Shown in pieces: positions 38,101-48,350 of a stretch of 64,000 bases of DNA. The position numbers were made by a program, and so were the translations under genes. Below the pieces are notes generated by a model. The model searched no databases. It was not told where the DNA came from and worked only from the letters and a program-made list of their open reading frames with translations. The DNA comes from Chiloscyllium plagiosum. Its lineage: Eukaryota. Numbering within the stretch: the first letter of the stretch is position 1; every line of letters starts with the position of its first letter. The stretch covers positions 47,865,748 through 47,929,747 of the forward strand of contig NC_057719.1 in assembly GCF_004010195.1 (NCBI RefSeq), given 5' to 3'.

Positions 38101-40511
38101 GATTTCAAGGCATATGGATATATGTTAAATCTCAGTCAGTCATTCAGATGGCCAGAGAGATAGGTCTATATATTTTGTAATAGTGCGAAATGAACTGCAA
38201 TTTAAACAACAATTCTAGAGTAATGAAGGAACTCTACCATTCTCTAGTTGAAATAATTGGCAAGGTTGGGGAGAACCAAAGTTGTGCAAGGGCACAATTA
38301 GATTTAAAGTTAGAGAACTCTTCTTTCTGCAGTGAAAGGCTCATCAGCTATTGTAGAACTGACTGCACTTCTTTAAGAGAAATGGAAATGCTTTTTCTGC
38401 ACAAGGGACAGATATCCTATCACATAAATGAGTCCATTTGTGATCTCCTCGAACAATCTGAATTGTTTAAAGGGATCACATAAAAACACTCAAGACCATC
38501 TTTTTCATTTCACCTAGGTTTGTGAAGTGCCTTAGGCCATTTCATGATATCGAAGCTATATCAACAAACTGTTGGTTTTCTCTAGCTTATCACCTCACCA
38601 CCATATTGCATAGCTCAAGGTGGAACATGAAGTGTCTATTGTGTTTTACCCTACATGTGACTGAACATTTTAAATTTTGTGGCCAACTGGCACACTGTGT
38701 TGCTAAGATTGTACTCTATGGTCTATTTTTGACCATAAATTCTCTGGTCATTAATGTCTCTTGACCTCCACCCTGTCATCTGGCTTTCCTTTTTGGACTT
38801 ATGACAATCTTTACTTCTTTCTCAATTGCTCAAAAGACTATCCCATTTCTAGCTTTTTGTTTACTTCTGACAATGGGTCACAGACCAGAAATATTAACTC
38901 ACTTATCATTCCTCATAAATGCTGCCACACCTGCATACTAATTGTAGTATGTACTGCTTTTACTTAAATTTCCAATATCTGAAGCACTTTACTTTGGTAT
39001 TCAAGACTATATCATGATGGATAAGGCATCACAAATATAAACAAGATGTTTGATACATCTGTGGTTCTTTGTCCATTTATCAGTTTTGTAAGTAACTGAA
39101 ATTATGTGCAAAATGAACATTGCTATTAAAAGTAGTATTTTTTGTTGTTTGCAAGGAGTCTTTTAAAGGAAATTTATATAGTCTAAACAGACTTTCACTG
39201 ATCTTTCAGAAATTACAAATTGCTTACAGCTTACATTGAACCCGTTTGGGGGTTGCAAAGAAAAATAGTGATCACCATTTGCCTATGTAACAATTGCCTT
39301 TTGAATTGTGGATTAGTGCTGCAGAGTACGCTCGAGACCAAATAAATGACTAAATGCAAGACGAAGTGAAATTATTTTTTGAGCTCAACATTACATTTGC
39401 CGGAAAAGCGCAGCAGGTCAGGCAGCATCCAAGGAGCAGGAGAATCGACGTTTCGGACATGAGCCCTTCTTCAGAGAAGAGCTTATGCCCGAAATGTCGA
39501 TTCTCCTGCTCCTTGATTGCTGCCTGACCTGCTGCGCTTTTCCAGCAACGCATTTTCAGCTCTGATCTCCAGCATCTGCAGTCCTCACTTTCTCCTATTA
39601 CATTATTTGCAACATGCAATCCTTTATAAATGCTGCAACAACCCTGAATAACCGGTGTAAACAAAATATAAAGGGTTAAGTAATCTATGTTTTCAACAAG
39701 ATACTAAGGTGTAATCTCAAAAAGTAACATGCTCAGTTTAACTCTGTCAAAACATAGCGGCGAGTGGTCGGTCGTGATCCATCTTTTCCTTGTGTACTAA
39801 CGAGGCAGCGGTTTTTTGCGTGCTTCTATTTCTAACAATTTAGCTCTACAATCTCATGGCGATTTCAGTTTGTATTCAAATTTGAAGAATAGTAAAACAA
39901 ATAACGAAATTTACATATTCACAGTCTTTTCCCCTTCCACGAGAACCTAGAAACAGATAGTGATGCCCATTAGAGGCCTATACAATTTTAAACATCGACG
40001 CATTTCACAATACCCAAATCGTAATCTTTCGCCTGTTAGACTGCTGACGGAAAAAGGGTGGTAAGTAAAGTGATGAACCATACTTTCCCACAGCTACAGC
40101 CCAACAGATAACGCGTCAATAACTATTTTATGGAGCATTTGTTTAACACATCTTTAAGCATTTCCCCAACCGAGATGGCCTGAGTGACTTCATATTTTGT
40201 CTTTATATTGCCTTCCGGGCTGATTTGAAATCTTTGCACAGAAGTTAGGGTGGTGTGCCCGCTCATGTTAGTTTCAATGCTGGTAAACAATACCTCTCCG
40301 AGTTCCTACTATCGAAGTAAACGAATTCTCCGGCCAAGATGCATTTAGCGCAGGTAAGGCGCCTTCTGGCGGTGTTGCAGAGTGGGCAGCGCTCCACAGC
40401 CACGTAGAGGCCCTCGGCATCGTCCACCGAATCGAGCAGCGGCAGCAGTTGGTCGCGTGTCTGCCCGGGCCCGGCTCGTGTTATCTTACTCCGCTCCGTG
40501 GGAGACGCCAT
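13807..40511 (-). CDS. ATG14: Autophagy-related 14 (Barkor), complete spliced CDS join(40511-40294,37322-37260,37089-37047,35003-34922,27463-27226,26008-25779,18898-18781,16767-16677,16425-16340,14116-13807), 492 aa
   Basis: Ten exons of 218/63/43/82/238/230/118/91/86/310 nt splice in frame to 1479 nt. The protein has the N-terminal CxxC pairs, coiled coil and C-terminal BATS region. Confidence 0.96.
14290..16210 (+). mobile_element. Cluster of degenerate CR1 fragments with a PLE GIY-YIG fragment (about 15170-15545, -)
   Basis: CR1 RT remnants (F.DDTKIGG) and [10 protein letters not shown] motif. Confidence 0.7.
16340..16425 (-). CDS. ATG14: ATG14 exon 9
   Basis: cag|[30 protein letters not shown]|gtaagt; 86 nt. 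Confidence 0.94.
16677..16767 (-). CDS. ATG14: ATG14 exon 8
   Basis: cag|[31 protein letters not shown]|gtacc; 91 nt. Confidence 0.94.
18781..18898 (-). CDS. ATG14: ATG14 exon 7 (GC donor)
   Basis: cag|[22 protein letters not shown]...LPKRLCN AG|gcaagt; 118 nt. Confidence 0.93.
21615..21783 (-). mobile_element. Partial HE1-like V-SINE
   Basis: tRNA head and V-core, internally deleted. Confidence 0.75.
23220..24480 (-). mobile_element. CR1/HER1 LINE 3' part
   Basis: ORF remnants [19 protein letters not shown]. Confidence 0.85.
25245..25580 (+). mobile_element. CR1/HER1 3' end fragment
   Basis: Matches the 3' ends of other CR1 copies. Confidence 0.75.
25779..26008 (-). CDS. ATG14: ATG14 exon 6
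   Basis: aag|G DPAD...[22 protein letters not shown]...[12 protein letters not shown]|gtgag; 230 nt. Confidence 0.94.
26571..26777. mobile_element. PLE family A mini palindromic element
   Basis: Inverted arms around a hammerhead-like core; TSD gtactcggttta/gtactctgttta. Confidence 0.75.
27226..27463 (-). CDS. ATG14: ATG14 exon 5
   Basis: tag|..[20 protein letters not shown]...[13 protein letters not shown]|gtatg; 238 nt. Confidence 0.94.
28290..28620 (-). mobile_element. Degenerate DeuSINE (SacSINE1-like)
   Basis: Resembles recalled consensus segments aacccatctggttca, gcaatgtggttgactct, ctagcaagccactcagt. Confidence 0.55.
29800..31340. mobile_element. Ancient CR1/L2-group LINE fragments in both orientations
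   Basis: RT remnant [31 protein letters not shown] near 31140-31235. Confidence 0.55.
32063..32645. mobile_element. Tc1/mariner-pogo (Tigger-like) MITE, second copy
   Basis: TA|cagaggaaccttgattatccgaa ... atcgaggttcccctg|TA; interior similar to the 3227 copy. Confidence 0.78.
33535..34135 (-). mobile_element. CR1 LINE 3' end (second subfamily)
   Basis: [25 protein letters not shown]; (cataaga) tail. Confidence 0.8.
34922..35003 (-). CDS. ATG14: ATG14 exon 4
   Basis: cag|[28 protein letters not shown]|gtagag; 82 nt. Confidence 0.93.
35755..36345 (-). mobile_element. PLE family C-like 3' fragment (GIY-YIG region and terminal repeat) spanning the gap
   Basis: Homologous to 56740-57160; hammerhead-like CTGATAA...GAAACGTC. 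Confidence 0.7.
36230..36303. other. Assembly gap (74 N)
   Basis: Run of n. Confidence 0.99.
37047..37089 (-). CDS. ATG14: ATG14 exon 3
   Basis: cag|[15 protein letters not shown]|gtgagt; 43 nt. Confidence 0.92.
37260..37322 (-). CDS. ATG14: ATG14 exon 2
   Basis: cag|[23 protein letters not shown]|gtaag; 63 nt. Confidence 0.92.
37701..37922. mobile_element. PLE family B mini palindromic element
   Basis: TSD aattcatcct (37691-37700 / 37923-37932); hammerhead core near 37794. Confidence 0.78.
39398..39596. mobile_element. PLE family B mini palindromic element
   Basis: TSD attacatt (39390-39397 / 39597-39604); two hammerhead halves back to back. Confidence 0.8.
40294..40511 (-). CDS. ATG14: ATG14 exon 1 (coding part)
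   Basis: MASP...[31 protein letters not shown]; donor AG|gtattg. Confidence 0.96.
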
Positions 40512-40700
40512 ATTAAGAGCGCGCGGCCTTGTCAGGTGGTTTTGTTTAACCCGGGTGTATTATGGGAGACGTTTGTTGATCAGGTGACTCACACCCGGGA
40601 TAAGGCGATTGGCAGGTGGGAGCTAAGCCCCGCCCATCGGGAACATCACAGCCTTGCATGTACTGAACTGTAGATTTTGAAAGGTAGGGCTTACGCTTCT
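40512..40700 (-). promoter_or_regulatory. ATG14 5'UTR and proximal promoter (CpG-rich)
   Basis: CpG-rich stretch around exon 1. GC box ccccgccc near 40628, CCAAT (ATTGG on +) near 40608, TGACTCA near 40585. Confidence 0.6.
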
Positions 40701-42345
40701 TTACCATGGGATATAAATTTCTATTTTTTCTTCTGCCGCCCCATCACCAGCACTCGCTGATTAACAGTGGGTCATTGCCAACTTTTTGGAATTCAGAGTT
40801 TACTGGATTTAAACCAGTGACACACCAATTTTAAAATTAGATGCTACGGAACTTGAATTTGAAAAATCAAAACATGCTGTAGGGATGAACACCTCAAAAG
40901 ATTAAATTTTAAGGTGATGCACTGTTCTTAATACACAAGTTATAGAGGTTTACAAAATTATGAGGGGCATGAATAGGATAAATAGACAAAGTCTTTTCCC
41001 CCGGGGGTCTAGAACTAGAGGGCATAGGTTTAGGGTGAAAGGGGAAAAGATTAAAAGGCATTTGGATGGGTATATGAATAGGAAGGGTTTGGAGGGATAT
41101 GGACCAGGTGTTGGTAGGTGGGACTAGATTGGGTTGGGATATCTGGTCGGCATGGACGGGTTGGACCGAAGGGTCTGTTTCCATGCCGTTTATGTCTATG
41201 ACTCTATAAGTGGGTGTGAATATGGGAGGTATGATTAGTAAGTTTGCTGACGACACCAAAATTGATAGCAGACAGTAAAGAAGGTTACGTGAGAGTACAA
41301 AGGGACATTAATCAGATGTAGTCATGCTTTGGAGACACCGGTGTTGGACTGGGGTGTACAAAGTTTAAAAATCACACAACACCAGGTTATAATCAAACCG
41401 ATTATTTGGAAGCACTAGCTTTCAGAGTGCTGCTCCTGCATCAGGTGATTGTGGACAATTAGATCATTGAAGATACAGAATTTATAGCAGAAGTTTACAG
41501 TGTGATGTAACTCAAATTACATATTGAGAAAGACCCGGATTGTTTGTTAAGGCTGTCATCTTTTAGAATGACCATGTTGGTTTCAGTTCTTTCATATGTA
41601 AATTGCAAAACCTTTTTTAAAAGTTACATTCTCAAAGTGTACTTTAACAGTTGATGTCATGTCAGCCCAGATAAGGTATTGAAGATGTTAACTCCCTGTA
41701 AGGCTGTCTGTGCCACAATAGTCAGACTGATTCTAATCTAAAAAAAATGGATTTACAGTATCTTACATGGATTTATCCAGTTTGAGAAAAGTAAAATGTA
41801 ATTCTGCAAGTACAAATTCACCCACAAACTTATATGTGTATGTATGCATGTGGGGGTGTGTGGTTGCGGGGAGGGGTGTGTGTGTGTGTGTGTGTGTGAG
41901 AGAATGTAAAGGCGTTTAAGTCAGTAAGAAAGAGTGAGTGAGTGAGTGAGTGAGTGTATGGGGTCACCTGTAGTGTGATGTGAATCCAAGGTCCCAGTTG
42001 AGGCCATCCCCATGGGTACTGAGCTTGGCTATCAGACTCTGCTCGCCCAGTTGTCATTGTTGCCTGTCCCAAAGTACGCCTTGGAGGACAGTCACCTGAA
42101 GGTCCGAGGTAGAACGTACCAGACTACTGAAGTGTTCTCCGACGGGGAGGGAGCACTCCTCTGTTGATTGTTCTGCGGTGTCCATTCATCCGTTGCCATA
42201 GCCTCTGCTTGGTCTCGCCAATATACTATGCTTTAGGGCATCCTTGCTTGCAGGAGAAAGTGAGGACTGCAGATGCTGGAGATCAAAGTTGAAACTTTAT
42301 TGCTGGAACAGCACAGCAGGTCAGGCAGCATCCAGGGAACAGGAG

Positions 42346-42381
42346 ATTCGACGTTTCGGGCACAGGCCCTTCTTCAGGAAT
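42346..42381 (-). ncRNA. Minimal type I hammerhead ribozyme motif (PLE family B)
   Basis: Identical to the 44888 copy in reverse complement. Confidence 0.65.
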
Positions 42382-43516
42382 GAGCAGAGAGTGTTCAGCA
42401 GGAGAAGACAAAAGGTAGGGAGGAGGGACTTGGAGGAGGGGCGTTGGAAATTTGATAGGTGGAAAGAGGTCAAGGTGAGGGTGATAGGTCGGAGTAGGAT
42501 GGAGGTGGAGAGGTCAAGAAGACGACTGCAGGTCAGGAAGGCGGTGCCGGGCTGGAGGGATCCGGCTGAGACAAGGTGGGGGGAGGGGGGATGAAGAAAC
42601 TGGTGAAGTCCAAGTTCATGCCCTGCGGTTGGAGGGTTCCCAGTCGGAAGATAAGACGCTCCTCCTCCGACCGTCGGGTTGTTGTGGTTTGGCGGTGGAT
42701 GAGTCCAATGACCTGCATATCCTCGGTGGAGTGGGAGGGGGAGTTGATATGCTGTGCTACAGGTTGGTTGGGTTGGTTCGTCCGGGTGGCCCAGGGGTGC
42801 TCTCTGAATCGCTCCGCAAGTAGGCGGCCTGTCTCCCCAATATAGAGGAGGCCACACCGGCTGCAGCGGATGCAGTAGATGATGTGGGTGGAGGTGCAGG
42901 TGAATCTGTGGCGGATAGGCTCCAATCATCATATCCTGCCAACCAGACAAGAACTGAGTCGGTAGGTTCAGCATGGATTGTTCCATTGGTGGGGTTGGCG
43001 AATACATCTCCATACAAAATCTGGCCTATGGAACAAAGCTGTGCAGTGAGGTCATGGATACTGATACCTTTGTGGAACCTACCCTGGAATGCAGAGGAGA
43101 GGTACAGCACTTTCCATAGGGCAACATGGGTGCACATAGAGCAAACGATATTGGTATCGTCAAGAAATATTACAGATGTCTAGATCAGTCTGGTGGAATT
43201 GTGCAGAATTGTGCACCCAGTGAGGATGTCACATCTTGTGTTGTTCTGCATAGCTCATCCTGGTGCAGTAGTGTGACAACACTTCCCATAATGAGAAGGA
43301 GAATTCTGTCCAGAATCACAGCAGTACATTTGATACTGATATACCCACAATGCTGTTCAGAGGGAGTTTCAGGATTTTGACTCAGCGACATTTAACAAAC
43401 AATGGGTCAACTGGGGCATTGAAAATTAATTTAGTTAGTTTAGAGGTAATGCAAACAGTCTCATTTATTTCTCAATGCAAATACTGGACCCCTGGCAGGC
43501 AAGAAGGCTGCAGAGT

Positions 43517-43835
43517 GGGGTGGCATGGTAGCTCAGTGGTTAGTACTGCTGCCTCACAGCGCCAGAGACCCGGGTTCGATTCCAACCTTGGGTGACTGTC
43601 TGTGTGGTGTTTGCACATTCTCCCTGTGTCTGCGTGGGTTTCCTCTGGGTGCTCTGGTTTCCTCCCACAGTCCAAAGATGTGCAGGTCAGATGAATTGGC
43701 CATGCAAAATTACCTATAGTGTTAGGTACGTTAGTCAAAGGGAAATGGGTCTGGGTGGGTTACTCTTCAGAGGGTCAGTGTGGACTTGTTGGGCTGAAGG
43801 GCTTGTTTCCACACTGTAGGGAATCTAATCTAATC
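43517..43835 (+). mobile_element. HE1-like V-SINE
   Basis: tRNA head, V-core, CR1 tail. Confidence 0.85.
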
Positions 43836-44887
43836 TTAAAAGATAGAAAACCAATAGTTTAGAGATTAGAACATTTTGTAAATGTAAATACAAAGGAACT
43901 TTTTTGGGAGAGAATAGAAAACACAACTTCCATGTACTCAATAGGTGGCTTTGCAATGATGATACAATAGAAATACAAAGAATGAGAGAGAAAATATCTT
44001 GTTTGACATTAATCTATTTTGTGACTATCGTGACCACAGGTTTGGTATGCCAGTTGTGAATTATTTTGCAACTGTGACTTAAAGCAGGTCAAAACTCTAA
44101 GGAATAAAATGTCATGTTGCAAAACTGTACATGAAAAGCATTAAAACAAACCATCTGGTCTAGGTTAATTATGATATATAAAGACAATTCACATATCGTG
44201 AATACAAGGGAAAAAGAAAACTGGCATTAACTGGGGTCCCCTGCCGCCTTAGCTCTAAGGTCTAGACATCATATTAACAAAACTACTCAAGTAAAAGGAC
44301 TGGAAACCAATGACCACAAATCCACAATATAAAATCACTTAAACTGTTTAGAAATAAAATACATGCTAAAAATTGTTTTTAAAACAATTATGTTTAAATA
44401 TTTTCTCTGATTCCAAAGTCTGTTTATTACTTTCATTTTTAGAAGCGTTAATGATACGGTACTCTGATGTTTTACTACAATTAAATATTATTCCAACTAC
44501 CTACAGTAATTTCAACTGAAGCTATACAAGAAACTCAGTAAAAGTAGCATTAAAAGTAATTAAAAATGGCCATGATTCTAGCTGATCTTAATTCCATGCT
44601 GAAGATATTTAAATGCTATGGTTAACAAGTCCATTATGTACAAAAAACACATCCACCTGTCAACTTCATTTGACATACATATATGACAAATATGCCTTGT
44701 ACTGTTGTGGATTTACATGACCGGAAGCATTACCAATTTGAATTTTAGAAATATAACCCAAGAGAACATAATAAAATTCTAAATCCAAGGGCTTGTAAAC
44801 CACTGCAGATGTACAGGTGTACATTTTTTGTCGTCTTACTGATTGCTACGGTGATATTCCACAAGGTTCAGTTGCTTCTCTCTGCTC

Positions 44888-44923
44888 ATTCCTGAAGAAG
44901 GGCCTGTGCCCGAAACGTCGAAT
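44888..44923 (+). ncRNA. Minimal type I hammerhead ribozyme motif (PLE family B)
   Basis: ATTC-CTGAAGA-AGGGC CTGT GCCC-GAAA-CGTC-GAAT: intact core, 4-bp stems I and II, palindromic ACGT stem III. Confidence 0.65.
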
Positions 44924-47007
44924 CTCCTGTTCCCTGGATGCTGCCTGACCTGCTGTGCTGTTCCAGCAATAAAGTTTCATCCTTGCTTGCAGCACATGAG
45001 ATAGCCAACGTTGTCTGAGTCGCATGAGTACCTGACACATACATGGTGGTACCTGGGTCGACATTGACACGTCTTGCAGCATCAACCGTGACATGGTTGT
45101 ATGGTATTGTCCTGAAAGCTGGGCAGTTTGCTACGAACAATGATCTGTTTGAGGTTTGGTGGTTGTTTAAAGGCGAGAAGTGGAGGCATGGGAAGGTCTT
45201 GGTGAGGTGCTCATTCTCATTGATAATGTGTTGCAGGCTGCAAAGAACATGGCGTGGTTTTTCGGCTCCTGGGAAGTACTGGACAACAAAGGGTACCCTG
45301 TCGGTTACAGCTCGTGTCGGTTTCTTGTGGAGGTCATTACAGTTCCTCCCTGTGGCATGTCGGAACTGGCATTCAATGAGTTGAGCATCGTACTCCGTTC
45401 TTATGAGGGCATCCATGAGTTCTTTCAAGTGCCCGTCCTGTTCCTCCTTATCTGAACAGATAATGTATCTGCGTAGGGCTTGTCCATAGGGGATCGCTGT
45501 TTAAATAAGTTTCGGCTGGAAGCTGGAGAAGTGTAGCATTGTGAGGTTATCTGTGTGTTTGCGATAGATTGTAGTGCTGAGGTGCCTATGCTTGATGGAG
45601 ATGCATGTATCTACACTCTAGAGACACTCACCATACTCCACTGCAAATCCACGGATAACCTTACAATGCTACACTTCTCCAGCTTCCACCCGAAACATTA
45701 AAACAGCCATCCCCTATGGACAAGCCCTACGCATACACAGGATCTGCTCAGATGAGGAAGAACATAACGGGCACTTGGAAGTATGTACACATAAGAACGG
45801 GATACAATACTCAACTCATCGACCACCAGTTCAGACGTGCCACAGCAATGAATCGTAATGACCTCCTCAGGAGACAGACACGAGCTGCAACTGACAGGGT
45901 ACCCTCCATTGTCTAGTACTTCCCAGGAGCCGAAAAACTACGCCATGTTCTTTGCAGCCTGCAACACATTATCAATGAGGATGAGCACCTCATCAAGACC
46001 TTCCCCACTCCTCCACTTCTCACCTTTTAAGCAACCATCAAACCTCAAACATTGTTCATAACAATACCGTATGACCTTGTCACAGTAGATGCTGCAAGAT
46101 GTGTCAGAATGTCGACACTGATACCACCATTACACCTGGGGACACCTCCCACCATGTACGCAGCAGGTACTCATGCAACTCAGTCAACATTGTCTATCTC
46201 ATACGGTGCAGGCAAGGAGGCCCTGAGGCATGGTACATTGGCGAGACCAAGCAGGGGCTACAGCAATAGATGAATGGATACCTCAGAACAATCAACAGAC
46301 AGAAGTGTTCCCTCCCAGTCGGAGAACATTTCAACAGTCCGGGACATTCAACCTCGGACCTTCGGGTGACCATCCTCCAAGGCGTACTTTGGGGTAGGCA
46401 ACAATGGAAAGTGGCCGAGCAGAGGCTGATAGCCAAGTTCAGTACCCATGGGGATGGCCTCAACCAAGACCTTGGGTTCATGCAACACTACAGGTGACCC
46501 CATTGCACTATACACACATAGCCGGACACACACACTCACACAGACCATCTCTCATACACTCCCACACACACCCTCTCACAGACTTAAACCCCTTTACACT
46601 CACACAAACCCACATGCGCACAAAGTTTGTGGGGTGAATTTGTACTTGCAGAATTACATTTTACTTTTCTCAAAAGCTGCATGAATCCATGTAAGATTCT
46701 GTAAATCCGTTTTTTAGATTAGAATCAGTCTGACCATTGTGGCACAAACAACCTTACAGGGAGTTAACATCTTCAATACCTTATCTGGGCTGACATGACA
46801 CCAACTGTTAAAGTGCACTTTGAGAATGTAACTTTTAAAAAGGGTTTTACGATTTACATAAGAAAGAACTGAAATCAACATGGTCATTCGAAAAGAGGGC
46901 AGCCTTAACAAACAATCCAGGTCTTTTTCAATATGTAATTTGAGTTACATCACACTGTAAACTTCTGCTATAAATTCTGTGTCTTCAACAATCTAATTGT
47001 CTACAAT

Positions 47008-47042
47008 CACCTGAAGAAGGAGCAGCACTCTGAAAGCTAGTG
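47008..47042 (+). ncRNA. Minimal hammerhead ribozyme motif (PLE family A)
   Basis: CAC-CTGAAGA-AGGAG CAGCA CTCT-GAAA-GCTA-GTG; palindromic AGCT stem III. Confidence 0.55.
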
Positions 47043-47096
47043 CTTCCAAATAAATCTCTTGGACTATAACCTAGTGTTGTGTGATTTTTATCTTTG

Positions 47097-48350
47097 ATCA
47101 GATGGGCAAATAGGCTAAGGAAGGCCAGACAGTGTTCAATCTAGATAAATGTGATAAATGTGATAAACATTTTGTTAGGGAAAGTCAGGGCAGGACTTCT
47201 ACATTTAACAGTAAGGAACTGGGGAGTTTGAGGTGCAGGTTCATAGTTCCTTGAAAGTGGAGTCACAGGTAGACAGGCCAGTGAAGAAAGCGTTTTGTAT
47301 GCTTGCCTTTCTTGGTCAGTGCATTAAGTATAGGAGTTGGAAGATCATATTGGTTTCGGCCACTTTTGGAATCCTGTGTGCAATTTTGATCTTTGCTATA
47401 AGAAGGATGTTGTGAAACTTGAAAGGGTTCAGAAAAGATTTACAAGGATATTGCCATGGTTGGAGAGTTTGAGCTATAGGGAGAGGTTGAATATGCTGTG
47501 GCTATTTTCCCTGGAGCATTGGAGGCTGAAGCAAGACCTTATAGAAGTTTATAAAATCGTGAGTGGCATGGATAGGGTAAATAGTCAAAGTATTTTCCCC
47601 CAGCATAGGGGAGTTGAAAACAAGAGGGCCTAGGCTTAAAAGTGAGAAGGGAAAGATTTAAAAATGGGAACTGAGGGGCACCATCTACGTGGTGCGTGTA
47701 TGGAACATGCTGCCAAAGGAAGTGGAGGAGGTCGGTACAATTACAACATTTAAAAGGCATCTGAATGGGTATATGAATTGGGACAGTTTTAGAGAGATGT
47801 GGACTAGGTGCTGGTGAATGTTCAGAAAAGCGTTAAGGATGCAAGGGTGAGACAAGGGAGAGATTGAATAGGCTAGAGCTGTTTTCCCTGGAGAGTCGGA
47901 GGCAGAGGGTTTATAAAATCAGGAGGGCCGTGAATAGAGTAAATAGACAAAGTCTCTTCTCTGGGGTGGAGGAGTCCAGAACCAGAGGGCATCGGTTTAG
48001 GGTGAAACAGGAAAGATATAGAGGAGACCTAATAGGCAAAGTTTTCATGCAGAGGGTGGTATGTGTATGAAATGAGCTGCTAGAGGAAGTGGTGGAGGCT
48101 AGTACAACTGCAACATTTGAATGGGCATATGAATGGTAAGGGTTTAGAGGGATATGGGCCAGGTGCTGGCAGGTGGGACTAGATTGGGTTGGGATAGGCT
48201 GATCGGCATGGACAGGTTGGACCAAAGGGTTTGTTTCCATGCTGTTCATGTCTATGAATATGACTCTAAATGGAACTAGATTGATTTAGGATATCTAGTC
48301 AGCATGGATGAGTTGGGCCAAGGGTCAGTTTCTGTGCTATATATCTATGA
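47097..48350 (+). mobile_element. CR1/HER1 LINE fragments
   Basis: [15 protein letters not shown] motifs. Confidence 0.82.

Larger units (their letters stand above)
42254..44977. mobile_element. PLE family B composite insertion with inverted ends and about 2 kb of non-PLE cargo
   Basis: 15-bp TSD catccttgcttgcag (42239-42253 / 44978-44992); the left arm encodes [26 protein letters not shown]. Confidence 0.8.
41319..47096. mobile_element. PLE family A inverted pair (arms about 41319-45610 - and 45612-47096 +) inserted into a CR1
   Basis: Arms are mutual reverse complements; GIY-YIG (WYIGETK); TSD atcagatg at 41311-41318 / 47097-47104; the CR1 resumes on the right. Confidence 0.8.

Noticed and set aside
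39440..39480. Active hammerhead in the sense strand of ATG14 pre-mRNA
   Set aside because: Stem I is lost at the junction, and the surrounding palindrome would out-compete the ribozyme fold.
43040..43137. ALWKVL..IHD resemblance to an RTE-type reverse transcriptase
   Set aside because: Too short, with no flanking RT motifs.
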